Positions 1 to 9,900 of a stretch of 64,000 nt of DNA are shown here, one piece after another. The stretch is from positions 44,270,001 through 44,334,000 of the forward strand of contig CM097885.1 in the NCBI GenBank assembly GCA_044892525.1, read 5' to 3'. The notes under the pieces were generated by a model, which was not told where the DNA came from, searched no databases, and saw only the letters and a program-made list of their open reading frames with translations. Origin of the DNA: Schmidtea polychroa. Lineage: Eukaryota. Position 1 is the first letter of the stretch, and every line of letters starts with the position of its first letter. The position numbers and the translations under genes are program-made.

Positions 1-2
1 TC

Positions 3-299
3 ATAACACAAAATCTATTTCATCAAGGTGGTGCACATCGAACACGTAATTTAAATGTACAATATTTAGTTATTTTCAAGAATCCTAGAGATGCAACTGT
101 CATTGATTTTCTTGGACGACAAGCATACCCTAATAACCGTAATTTTCTTATCAATGCATTTCAAGATGCTACGAAAATACCGCATGGGTATATATTTCTC
201 GATTTCACACAACAATGCCCTGATGATATACGGGTAAAAACAGATATTTTCAACCCAAAAGGTGCCATGGTATATAAACAAAGTTCAAAACAAAGTTGA
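3..299 (+). CDS. Polinton A32/FtsK-like packaging ATPase, C-terminal part (5' end cut off by the window)
   Basis: Not in the ORF track. Manual translation of frame 3: ITQNLFHQGGAHRTRNLNVQYLVIFKNPRD...DATKIPHGYIFLD...*, matching the TQNLF, FKNPRD and DAT..P.GY motifs of Polinton ATPases. Confidence 0.88.
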   Translation: MTQNLFHQGGAHRTRNLNVQYLVIFKNPRDATVIDFLGRQAYPNNRNFLINAFQDATKIPHGYIFLDFTQQCPDDIRVKTDIFNPKGAMVYKQSSKQS

Positions 300-312
300 A
301 AACATATAAATC

Positions 313-801
313 ATGTTTTCAAAAACAAGGATATCGGGTAAAAAACAACCAAAAGTTCCACCAACAACTAGTTATACTCCATCTAAAGAACTTATTACAG
401 AAAATGTTCCTGCAATGAATCTTATTTCGAAAAATCCTAAACCAAAAAGTAAAACCACTAAGAAAGTAAAAGTTGTTAAAAATCATCGGAGTTTCCCGTT
501 TTTCAATACATTGTTAAAGGCACCAAGTATGAAAAGAAACAGTATTTTGCAATCTTTTCCAAATTATGTTGTCGATGATTTACTCGATATTATACTTAAA
601 GTAGTCAAAGGCAAGATTAAAATCAGTAAATCTAAAAAGCAATTATTGAGTAAACATAGGAAACCTTTGCTATCATTAGTAAATAATAAAAATCGTCAAC
701 AAATGAGAAAAATTATATATAAACAACAAGGGGGATTTATCGGTGCATTGATACCTTTAGCAATATCATTATTAGGTGGAATAATAGGAAGTCGATCATA
801 A
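313..801 (+). CDS. Polinton basic virion core protein with C-terminal amphipathic segment
   Basis: Lys-rich 162 aa ending QQGG|FIGALIPLAISLLGGIIG, which resembles an adenain cleavage site followed by a hydrophobic helix. Position lies among Polinton structural genes. Confidence 0.6.
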   Translation: MFSKTRISGKKQPKVPPTTSYTPSKELITENVPAMNLISKNPKPKSKTTKKVKVVKNHRSFPFFNTLLKAPSMKRNSILQSFPNYVVDDLLDIILKVVKGKIKISKSKKQLLSKHRKPLLSLVNNKNRQQMRKIIYKQQGGFIGALIPLAISLLGGIIGSRS

Positions 802-862
802 ACAATGGGTGCTAATCCTTCATTACCAGACATTAAATTTAATATTAAATCTTCTTGTTGTA

Positions 863-1736
863 ATGGAGAAGATTTGGACGAACCCGGAAGACGAAGCCGG
901 TTTTGGTGGAGTGGCAAAATTAAGGAAAAGAGTTCCGAATTCGAAAAAGGAAACTCAATCGGTTTGCCCGAGCAATACCCGTCAAGGCAAAATCTGCAGA
1001 TGAAATGTCCAAAGCTGTTAATCATTTATTTAAAGACGGATATCCTAAAAACTTGCAAACTGATTTAGGTATTAATATTATTATTTTTATTATTATTATT
1101 ATTATTTTAGGTAAAGAATTCTACAACAGTAAAGTCAAGCAAATCCTCATTAAATTGAAAATAAACCATTACTCAGTACATTCTCAATACAAAGCTGCTC
1201 ATGTTGAAAGATTTAACAGAACATTGAGAGATAGATTAAAGAAATTATTCGTGCATCAAGGTAATAAAAAATGGGTATTGGTTTTACCAAAAATAATAAC
1301 CAGTTATAATCACTCATCACATCAAGGACTGAATGGATTAAGGCCGATTGATATCACGTCAAAAACAATCTATTCTAAAAAACCTGAAAAAATTACAAAA
1401 CCGAAATATAAAGTAGGTGACCATGTTAGAATTAGTAAAATTAGTGCATCACCATTTATTAAAAATTTCGATACAAATTGGAGTGATGAAGTCTTTGTAA
1501 TTTCAAAAATAAATACTAAACAGAATCCTGTAATGTATGTCATCAAAGATAATGATAACAATATTGTACAAGGAAAATTTTATGAGCAGGAATTACAAGT
1601 TATTCCTCCCCCAAAAGTATTTAGAATTCAGAAGATTTTGAAAACTAAAAATAAAGGCAAGGATAAACAATACTATGTCAAATGGCATGGTTATCAAAAC
1701 CCATCATGGATATCAGAAAAGGATCTAGTAAAGTGA
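863..1736 (+). pseudogene. Polinton retroviral-like integrase with chromodomain; internal deletion/frameshift near 958 and an in-frame 42-nt intron at 1069-1110
   Basis: N-terminus MEKIWTNPEDEAGFGG in one frame joins RFARAIPVKAK..LQTDLG[intron]KEF..AAHVERFNRTL in another. The segment with the first catalytic Asp is missing. C-terminal chromodomain YYVKWHGY...SWI. Confidence 0.85.
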
Positions 1737-2749
1737 ATTTTTATACTATTTTACCAAGCAATAGTTGCCCGCTTATTCATCCAGATAATCAAGCCAGTAA
1801 ATTCATGGTCAATCTCCAGAATCCGATTTCTTTAAATGGGGACTGGGAAGTTGCACTGCAAGATTTTACATTCGTGTACAATACATTCCCATTTTATAGT
1901 CAATGTAAGATTGATTTCAAAAGGAATGCTATGAAAACATGTAGTGGTATCTTTATTATCAGTAATTATGATAAAACATATCATATTCCGAATCAAATAT
2001 TAGATCAGCACTGCTCTATGTTTTACAAGGATGGATTAAATATCAGTTGTGATTTTAAACCATTTACAATAACATTCGAATATATTGAAGATGCCAGACG
2101 AATGGGTTGCAATAAGTTGAAAAATGAAGTTATGGAAACAGAATATTTATTACGCTTTGATCTATTTGAAGCAAACAGTGTAATGAGAGAAGAAATCAAA
2201 ATATCAGTGTCGTATAATAATGAAGTTGAAGAATCATTCACCTTCGCTGACGAATTATATATTGATAAACTTGATGTGTTACTTAAATATTTAAAGTATA
2301 ATTGTTCACACATATTTAAAAGTTTGGACATTGTGAAAGATTTGTTATTTACCTTCAGTTTGAATGATGACATTTGCGAAGTTACATTTGATAAAAATTT
2401 GACAAATACACTTGGATTAGAGAAGCAGCAATATCGGGAAAAATCGGCTGGTATACGTAAACCAAGAATACTTGAACATCATCAACAAATGTTCATATAT
2501 ACTAATATTATTGAGCCTATAATAGTTGGTGATTCCAGTGTTCCTCTATTGAAATCGGTGTGGATTGGAAAATATGAACATGATGAAGTTGTCAATATAA
2601 ATATAGATAATCCCATGTATTTACCAATTTCAAGCTCATGTATAAACAATATAGAAATAAATATTCGTGACGATAGTGGAAAACTTATAAACTTCCCAAA
2701 AGACTCAAAAACTCATTTGACACTACATTTTCGTAAAGTAGATGGCTAA
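1682..2749 (+). CDS. Polinton minor capsid protein (penton-like, single jelly-roll)
   Basis: FYTILPSNS..HPDNQASKF.VNL..PISLNGDWEVAL N-terminal motif and C-terminal YTNIIEP.IVGD..VPLL...IEINIRD..G..INF..LTLHFR. True start uncertain. Confidence 0.82.
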   Translation: MAWLSKPIMDIRKGSSKVNFYTILPSNSCPLIHPDNQASKFMVNLQNPISLNGDWEVALQDFTFVYNTFPFYSQCKIDFKRNAMKTCSGIFIISNYDKTYHIPNQILDQHCSMFYKDGLNISCDFKPFTITFEYIEDARRMGCNKLKNEVMETEYLLRFDLFEANSVMREEIKISVSYNNEVEESFTFADELYIDKLDVLLKYLKYNCSHIFKSLDIVKDLLFTFSLNDDICEVTFDKNLTNTLGLEKQQYREKSAGIRKPRILEHHQQMFIYTNIIEPIIVGDSSVPLLKSVWIGKYEHDEVVNINIDNPMYLPISSSCINNIEINIRDDSGKLINFPKDSKTHLTLHFRKVDG

Positions 2750-3104
2750 TTCCGATATTATTAGTATGTATAGTGATAGCCAATCTGGTGGTGAATTACC
2801 ATATTTTATTGGTAAACAGTATGGATCAGGTTGGTTAAAAACAATAGGGAGATTTGCACTTCCCATTCTTAAACGTATTGGTAGTTTTGGCATGAAAACT
2901 GCTAAAGATGTGATTATGAATGAACAGAAAATATTACCATCTCTAAAAACAAATGCTTTAGCTGAGTTAGGGAAGGTTCTACCTGGAGTTGCTGGTATGT
3001 TTCAAAAAGATACACCTCCAGTCCCAGCTCCAAAACGTAAAGGGCATGGAATATCGCGTATAAACAAACGAATGAAAGGACATGGAACTATATTTGCAAA
3101 ATGA
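2742..3104 (+). CDS. Polinton small virion protein with G-x-G maturation-cleavage-like motifs
   Basis: QSGG..QYGSGWLKTIGRFALPILKRIG amphipathic segment and basic tail with KGHG twice. Sits between the minor and major capsid genes. Confidence 0.6.
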   Translation: MANSDIISMYSDSQSGGELPYFIGKQYGSGWLKTIGRFALPILKRIGSFGMKTAKDVIMNEQKILPSLKTNALAELGKVLPGVAGMFQKDTPPVPAPKRKGHGISRINKRMKGHGTIFAK

Positions 3105-4324
3105 TTTGTGGTAAATCCGAATTATGTATATTTGATAGACCGTCGCCCCAGGCTGTAATAGAATTTGGGGCATTTGAAGAAGTTTTTCCTATGAATTCAA
3201 TTACTGATAGTAGAAATGATATCGAGTTTTATATTAATGGTTCGCAAACTGAATATTTAGATTTGAACGATACTTTATTGACTGTTCAGATCAAGGTTGT
3301 AGATAAAGATAGAAAGGTTTTGGATGCCAATGCGGATGTATTACCAAACAATTTCATGTTTCATACTCTGTTTAAAGATGCAGTGTTGGGATTTAATAAT
3401 ATCAAGATTGAGGGTGGAAATAATACATTCATTCACAAGGCTTTGATAGAAACTATTTTAAATTACAATTCAGATACTAAAAATACCTGTCTTACACCTA
3501 TGGGTTATGCAGCAGCAGATGATGAAAGAAAAAAGTGGGTTAAAGGCTCAAAAGTATTCACTATGTGCTCATCATTACAACTTGATTTTATGGATCAACC
3601 GAAATATTTACTACCGGGAGTTAATATACATATTAGACTGAAAAGATCTGATTCTGCATTGTCTCTTACTAGTGCAACTGGTGCACCAATATGTCAATTA
3701 GTTGATGCAAAATTATTGGTGAGAAGAGTTCGAGTAGACCCGTCAGTATTAGCTGGTCATCAATTGGGGCTTAATTCAAAACATGCAATTTATCCTTTAA
3801 AAACAAAGGAAATTGTACAATTTGCTATTGCTAAAGGTGCTTCATCATTCTATAAAGAACAAATATTTGGTGACAGAAGAATGCCTAATTTTATTCTGGT
3901 AACATTTCAAAGTGAAACGCAATATAATGGATCGTATACTGCTTCCAGCTCAATTTTCAAAAATTTTGGTGTTACTTCATTGACTTTATCGAAAAATACT
4001 GATTATAGAGAAACATATACTCAAGATTTCGAGAATGATAATTACTGGGCGACATATATGCAGAGTATTGTTAGAAATCTGGGTTATTTAGATAAAAACT
4101 TGAATTGCGGAATAACTCTTGAAGAATTTAAAAGCAAATACCCATTTTTCACATTTGTTCTAGCTCCCGATTTTGATTTAAATCAGAGTCAATTACCACA
4201 AAACGGGAATTTACGACTGGATATAAAGTTTGCAAAGGCCATTACTGAACCAGTACATGTTATAATATATGGAGTATTTGAAAATGAAGTTCAAATTACT
4301 GCAAATAGAACCGTGCTAGTATAA
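3101..4324 (+). CDS. Polinton major capsid protein (double jelly-roll)
   Basis: 407 aa with KSELCIFD.P..Q, IEFYING..EYLDLNDT.L, DFMDQPKYLLPGV.I.IRL.R and GNLRLDIKFA motifs. Confidence 0.88.
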   Translation: MICGKSELCIFDRPSPQAVIEFGAFEEVFPMNSITDSRNDIEFYINGSQTEYLDLNDTLLTVQIKVVDKDRKVLDANADVLPNNFMFHTLFKDAVLGFNNIKIEGGNNTFIHKALIETILNYNSDTKNTCLTPMGYAAADDERKKWVKGSKVFTMCSSLQLDFMDQPKYLLPGVNIHIRLKRSDSALSLTSATGAPICQLVDAKLLVRRVRVDPSVLAGHQLGLNSKHAIYPLKTKEIVQFAIAKGASSFYKEQIFGDRRMPNFILVTFQSETQYNGSYTASSSIFKNFGVTSLTLSKNTDYRETYTQDFENDNYWATYMQSIVRNLGYLDKNLNCGITLEEFKSKYPFFTFVLAPDFDLNQSQLPQNGNLRLDIKFAKAITEPVHVIIYGVFENEVQITANRTVLV

Positions 4325-4736
4325 ATGTATACAGAAACATCAAAAAGTTGTCATGGAGTAAGTTTTTCAATACTGTTTAATTTATTAAAGTAGTTCTGTT
4401 CAGGTCAATAGAATTGGAAAACAGATATTGGGAAATGAATTTGTAGGAGTTTTTCCTCTCGATAAAATCCCATATTTGAGCAATAATCAAGCCATAATCG
4501 TCAATACTCAATCGTCTCATCTTGGTGGAGAACATTGGATTGCTATATATGTGAAACCTAGTAATATATTCGTGTTCGATCCTATGGGTTTCTATTACCC
4601 TGCTTTGTTGGTATCAAAACTACAAACAATGGGGAAACCTATTGTATATAATAAAACAATGTTTCAAAATCCCTTGACACAAACATGCGGTCAACATTGT
4701 TTAGCTTGGTTGTTGTATAAAAAATTTGATGATTAA
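4325..4736 (+). CDS. Adenain-like cysteine (maturation) protease; two exons 4325-4357 and 4404-4736
   Basis: GVFP.D, IVNT...GEHW (His), FDPMG (Asp), Q....TCGQHC (Gln, Cys). A GTAAGT...CAG intron at 4358-4403 joins the ATG directly after the capsid stop in frame. Confidence 0.85.
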
Positions 4737-4764
4737 TAAATGTATTTTGTATCCTTTGTTGTTG

Positions 4765-4767
<3 letters not shown>

Positions 4768-4835
<68 letters not shown>

Positions 4836-4862
4836 TTATTATTATTATTATTATTATTATTA

Positions 4863-4953
<91 letters not shown>

Positions 4954-4973
4954 ATTATTATTATTTTTTTTTT

Positions 4974-5015
<42 letters not shown>

Positions 5016-5161
5016 ATTATTATTATTATTTTTATTATTATTATTATTATTATTAATATTATTTTTATTATTATTATTATTATTATTATTTTATTATTAT
5101 TATTTTTATTATTATTATTTTATTATTATTATTATTTTTATTATTAATATTATTTTTATTA

Positions 5162-5211
<50 letters not shown>
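4768..5211. repeat. (ATT)n microsatellite, about 440 bp, imperfect
   Basis: Directly visible. Confidence 0.97.
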
Positions 5212-5213
<2 letters not shown>

Positions 5214-5307
5214 ATTAATATTAATATCCAAATAAAGACTACACAATCATTGTGCATGCACAAAGTCATGACTAACAAAGATGTGTAATCCCATTTGATA
5301 CCATTTG

Positions 5308-5391
5308 ATTGGCTGATAGAGGAAAAAGTATTCAGGAATGTGTCTTAATTCTGATTGGTTGAGACATGGAAATATTCATGTTCTATATAAA
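5308..5391 (+). promoter_or_regulatory. Pol II-type promoter: two reverse CCAAT boxes and a TATA box
   Basis: ATTGG at 5308 and 5354; TATATAAA at 5384, 53 nt before the ATG at 5437. Confidence 0.55.
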
Positions 5392-5436
5392 CATTGACAA
5401 ATTCCAAATTCATCACAATTTTATCAAAATTTTAAA

Positions 5437-5980
5437 ATGTCTAACAATAACAACAACATATTAAGAAGTCTATTGACTACCGGTAATTTTATTATTTATT
5501 TATTTATTATATTTTATTCTTTATTTTTTAGATGTGTTCGATTGGTATCAAGTTACTGAGGACGAAAGAATTTTGAATGTTGATAGGATTTTCGGTAAAT
5601 TTAAATATTTTATTTTTTATGAAATTATTATTTTATTTAGAACCTATTATAATTAGCGACGATGATGATGTCGTATTTATTGGGCAAACTAATGCCCCAG
5701 TTTCCTGTAATGTTTTTAATGAACAAAGTAAATTTATTTTATTTTAGTATATTATTTTTTAAAAATCATTTTAGTGTTTAATGTTGACATGGACGCTGAA
5801 ATCGATGTTCCAATTAATAATGATTCTATTGAGGAGATGAATAATGCACTGACTTCTATCGATGAGCTGAATTATGTGGATAATACAATCGAGGAGCTTG
5901 TTAATGTGGATAATGCCCTCACTTCTATTGAGGAGGTTGCTGATAATGAATCAGATTCCGACATGGAATCACGATGTTAG
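5437..5980 (+). CDS. Four-exon acidic Polinton accessory protein, 133 aa (exons 5437-5482, 5532-5594, 5641-5727, 5775-5980)
   Basis: Three AT-rich GTAA...TAG introns of 49, 46 and 47 nt, all phase 1. Splicing gives an uninterrupted ORF MSNNNNNILRSLLTT-DVFDWY..-EPIIISDDDDVVFIG..-MFNVDMD..SRC*. Confidence 0.75.
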
Positions 5981-6136
5981 TATTTATTTATTTTTATATA
6001 TTTATTTTTTTTTTTTAAAAACCTTGTAAATTTCTTAAATACTTTTTAAACATTTTCTTTAAAAACTTATTTATAAAAACTTATTATGAAAATGAAGAAA
6101 ATATTATGTTGAAATTGAAAATGTTATGTTGACTAA

Positions 6137-6292
6137 ATGATGAAAATATTATGATGAAGAAAATGATGAAAATATTATGATGAAGAAAATGATGAAAATA
6201 TTATGATGAAGAAAATGATGAAAATATTATGATGAAGAAAATGATGAAAATATTATGATGAAGAAAATGATGAAAATATTATGATGAAGAAA
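6137..6292. repeat. 26-bp tandem repeat x6 (ATGATGAAAATATTATGATGAAGAAA)
   Basis: Units start at 6137, 6163, 6189, 6215, 6241 and 6267. Confidence 0.93.
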
Positions 6293-6419
6293 ATGTTTAA
6301 AAAGTATTTAAGAAACAATAGTTTTAAAATATTCCTTGTAGTTTGCAATGAGCAACTACATTAGTTAAAATAATAATAATAATAATAATAATATTAAAAA
6401 TAGTAATAAAAATATATCT

Positions 6420-6750
6420 TGTAGTCTGCAGTGAGCATGCAGCTACATATCTCTTTTATCATGATTGCCCCAATAAATGTAGTCTGCAGTCAGCATGCAG
6501 CTACATCAAACTAATTATTTATTACGTAATACATACCCTTTATTAAATGTGTCTAAATGCAGCTGCGTCAAACTAAATATTTATTACGTAATACATACCC
6601 TTTATTAAATGTGTCTAAATGCAGCTGCAACAAACTATTTATTACGTAATAATTAACCCTTATTAAATATAGTCTGCATGCAGCTGCATCAACTATTTAT
6701 TATGTAATAATTATAATCTTTAAATGTAATCTGCATGCAGCTGCATCAAT
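6420..6750. repeat. Degenerate ~60-bp tandem repeat with palindromic cores TGCAGCTGCA and ATTACGTAAT
   Basis: About six TGCAGCT(A/G)C cores at roughly 60-bp spacing; ATTACGTAAT at 6521, 6583 and 6641. Confidence 0.75.
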
Positions 6751-6933
6751 AATGATAATAATGATAATAATAATAATAATAATAATAATAAAATCACACA
6801 TTTATAGTTTACAAGACTTTATTAATATAAATACAATTTCATGATTAATATTAATTGATAAATATAATTAACAGGCAAATTATATCCACATTACTGCCAG
6901 GCTTCAACTGGTCACTCAAATTTATGTCACAAA

Positions 6934-9900
6934 GTGATGAAAAAATATTATGGTCGTAAATTTTATGGCATCAAGTACTACATATGCCCAATATGCGAGA
7001 CTTCCCATAGCATTAAATATTTAGAGTTTTACAGTATACATAAATCCCATTTAAATCAGTTCTCTTTAAATAAAAAGGATTTATTTAACAAATTGCGAAA
7101 TACCGCAAAACCTATAATTAAAACTAATGTAAATAATACAAAACCTGTAAATAATAATACAAAACCTGTAAATAATAATACAAAACCTGTAAATAATATT
7201 ACAAAACCTGTAATTAATAATAATACGAAACCTGTAAATAATATTACAAAACCTGTAAATAATAATACAAAACATGTAAATAATATTACAAAACCTGTAA
7301 ATAATAATAATACAAAACCTGTAAATAATATTACAAAACCTGTAAATAATAATACAAAACATGTAAATAATATTACAAAACCTCTAATTAATAATGTTAT
7401 TAATGTAAATAATAATTTAAAAAGACCTGCTGTTAGTATTGGGTCTGATGCTCCCTCTAAAATTAATAAATTAGAACAAATAACTGTGGTTAATAATATT
7501 CAAGTAGGCGGTTCAGTCGATATTGACGATGAACCTGAAATCGAAATTGATTTTAAGGGGGTTCGAAAGAATCTAAGATTTAATGTAGAAAAGGATAACA
7601 TCATTCAAATATCCATAACCGATAAAATCGTTAATAAGTTAAAACATGAAATAATCAGAATGGGGTCGGTGAAAATACAATTCTCTGTATTGATTCAATT
7701 TGAAAAAGATGGTGAAATTAAAGATAATTTCTTCTCGAATAGGGCAGAGGCTTTTTCAGATAGTTTTCTAAGTGAGGGGGTTCACAAATTAAATAATAAA
7801 ATAGAAAAATTCACATATTTGGGTAGTGGATGGCGGGTTGTTAAAATCAAAGAAATAGATTTTATATTAACAAAATTTACACATATGAATAGGCTAGCTG
7901 GACATAGTTACATCCCCACCCCATCATCTTTAAAATCTAAAAATGCAATAGTAAATGTTAAAAACACCGATGATATGTGCTTTATATATAGTATTTTAGC
8001 ACTTTTAAAACGTAATGTCGTACATATAAATAGAAATAGAGTTAGTTCCTATCAAAATTATCTTGACGAGTTAAATTTTGACCCCATTTCCGACTGTCCA
8101 ATGAAACTATGTGATATTCCTAAATTCGAGATGAAAAATAAGGATTTAAATTTAGCAATAAATGTTTTAACTTATAGAACGACCTCTGTTAAGCCTTTTG
8201 AAAATATAGTTGACGATAATTATATTCCACATCATCCCAAATTGGATATAATTCACCGATCTAAGGTTATAGGTGGTGAACCCATATACTTACTTTTATT
8301 GGAAGACGGTGATAATTTTCATTACACCGCAGTTTTTAATTTGCAAAGACTAATGAATTGTCGCTCTAGCAGTGAATGTGGCGTTAGAATTAAAGTGAAC
8401 TGGTGTCCACATTGTCTTAACGGATTTAGACATAAAAATGCATTTGATATTCATGTCGCCTTATGCATTAAAAACCAGATAGGTACTACTTTATACACGC
8501 TACCCAATGATAAAAATTTAATTTTTCAAAATTATGCGAAAACCATAACCCCGCCATTCGTGATATATGCAGACTTTGAATCAATTTTACCGGGGGATAT
8601 AATACACCATCAAAAGCATTTGCCAATAACAGCAGGTTTATTATTAATAAATAATTATAATAACTCTAAATTTTATTATGAGTTTGTTGGGGATGATTGT
8701 ATCTTATCTTTCTTGCGTAAGGTGGAGGAAATTGCTATGACAATTGTCCTGCCATATTACGAAATTAATGGGAAAAAGCCCATGCAGACCTTGTCTTTCG
8801 CTGAAGAGCGGGCCTTTCGTGATTCCAGAACCTGTTACCTTTGTAAAAAATTCATTAAGAATAGAGTTAGGGATCATTGTCACTTTTCAGGTAAGTATCT
8901 TGGTGCTGCCTGTAGGAAATGTAATGTTTCTCGACGAATTCAGAAACAGTTACCTGTGGTTTTTCACAATTTGAGGGGGTATGATCTTCATCATATTTTG
9001 AAGTATGGTTTGAATAATTTTCCTTCTTGGGAATTAAATATTATTCCGACCACTACTGAGAAATTCATCTCTCTTATCGCGTACATTAACAAATTGTCTG
9101 TTCGTTTTATTGACAGCATGCAGTTTGTTAATTCATCTTTAGCAAAAGCAGTTAAGACTCTTTCCGATCTGCCTTTAACTTCTTCTGTTTTCGATGGCGC
9201 AATTGTTCGAGCCAAAGGTATCTTTCCTTATGACTTTGCCACATCTCTTGAGGTTCTGGAATCGACTCTTGAATTGCCTCCTATTTGGGATTCTGTGTCT
9301 AATGATGAATATGCATTAGCCCAAGTTATTTGGACTCAGCAAAACTGCAACAACATGTTAGATTACATGTTAATCTACCTTAAATTAGACGTGTTTCTCC
9401 TCGCAGACTATTTTCAACAATTCCGTGAAAAGGCCATTGCTTACAATGGTCTGGAGCCTCTTAATTTCTATGGCATTCCCGGTATGTCTTGGGCCTCTGC
9501 GCTTATGACATTAACGGAACCCATTGAACTTCTGCAGGACATGGAAATGTTTAATTTCTATGAAGGAGGGATACGGGGTGGGTTAACATTTGTTAACAAA
9601 CATTATGTTGCAAGTTCTGAAGACACAGAACTCTTGTATATTGATATTAATAACTTGTATGGTTGGGCCTTAAGCCAAAATCTGCCTTATGCTGACTTTG
9701 TTTGGGTGTATGATGATCTTGATTCTGTCTTGAATGAATGTATGAATGCTGATATCGATAACCTTCCATATGGCTATACTATGGAGGTAGATATCGATAT
9801 ACCTGTTTGTTTGCATGACTTTCTGAATGATTTTCCTCTTGCTCCGGAAAAGATGTGCCCGCCAAATTCTAAAGTTGAGAAGCTGATGCTCACGCATTGG

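Noticed and set aside
7081..7362. 93-aa minus-strand ORF with (IIYRFC)n
   Set aside because: Reverse reading of the NNTKPV repeat in polB.
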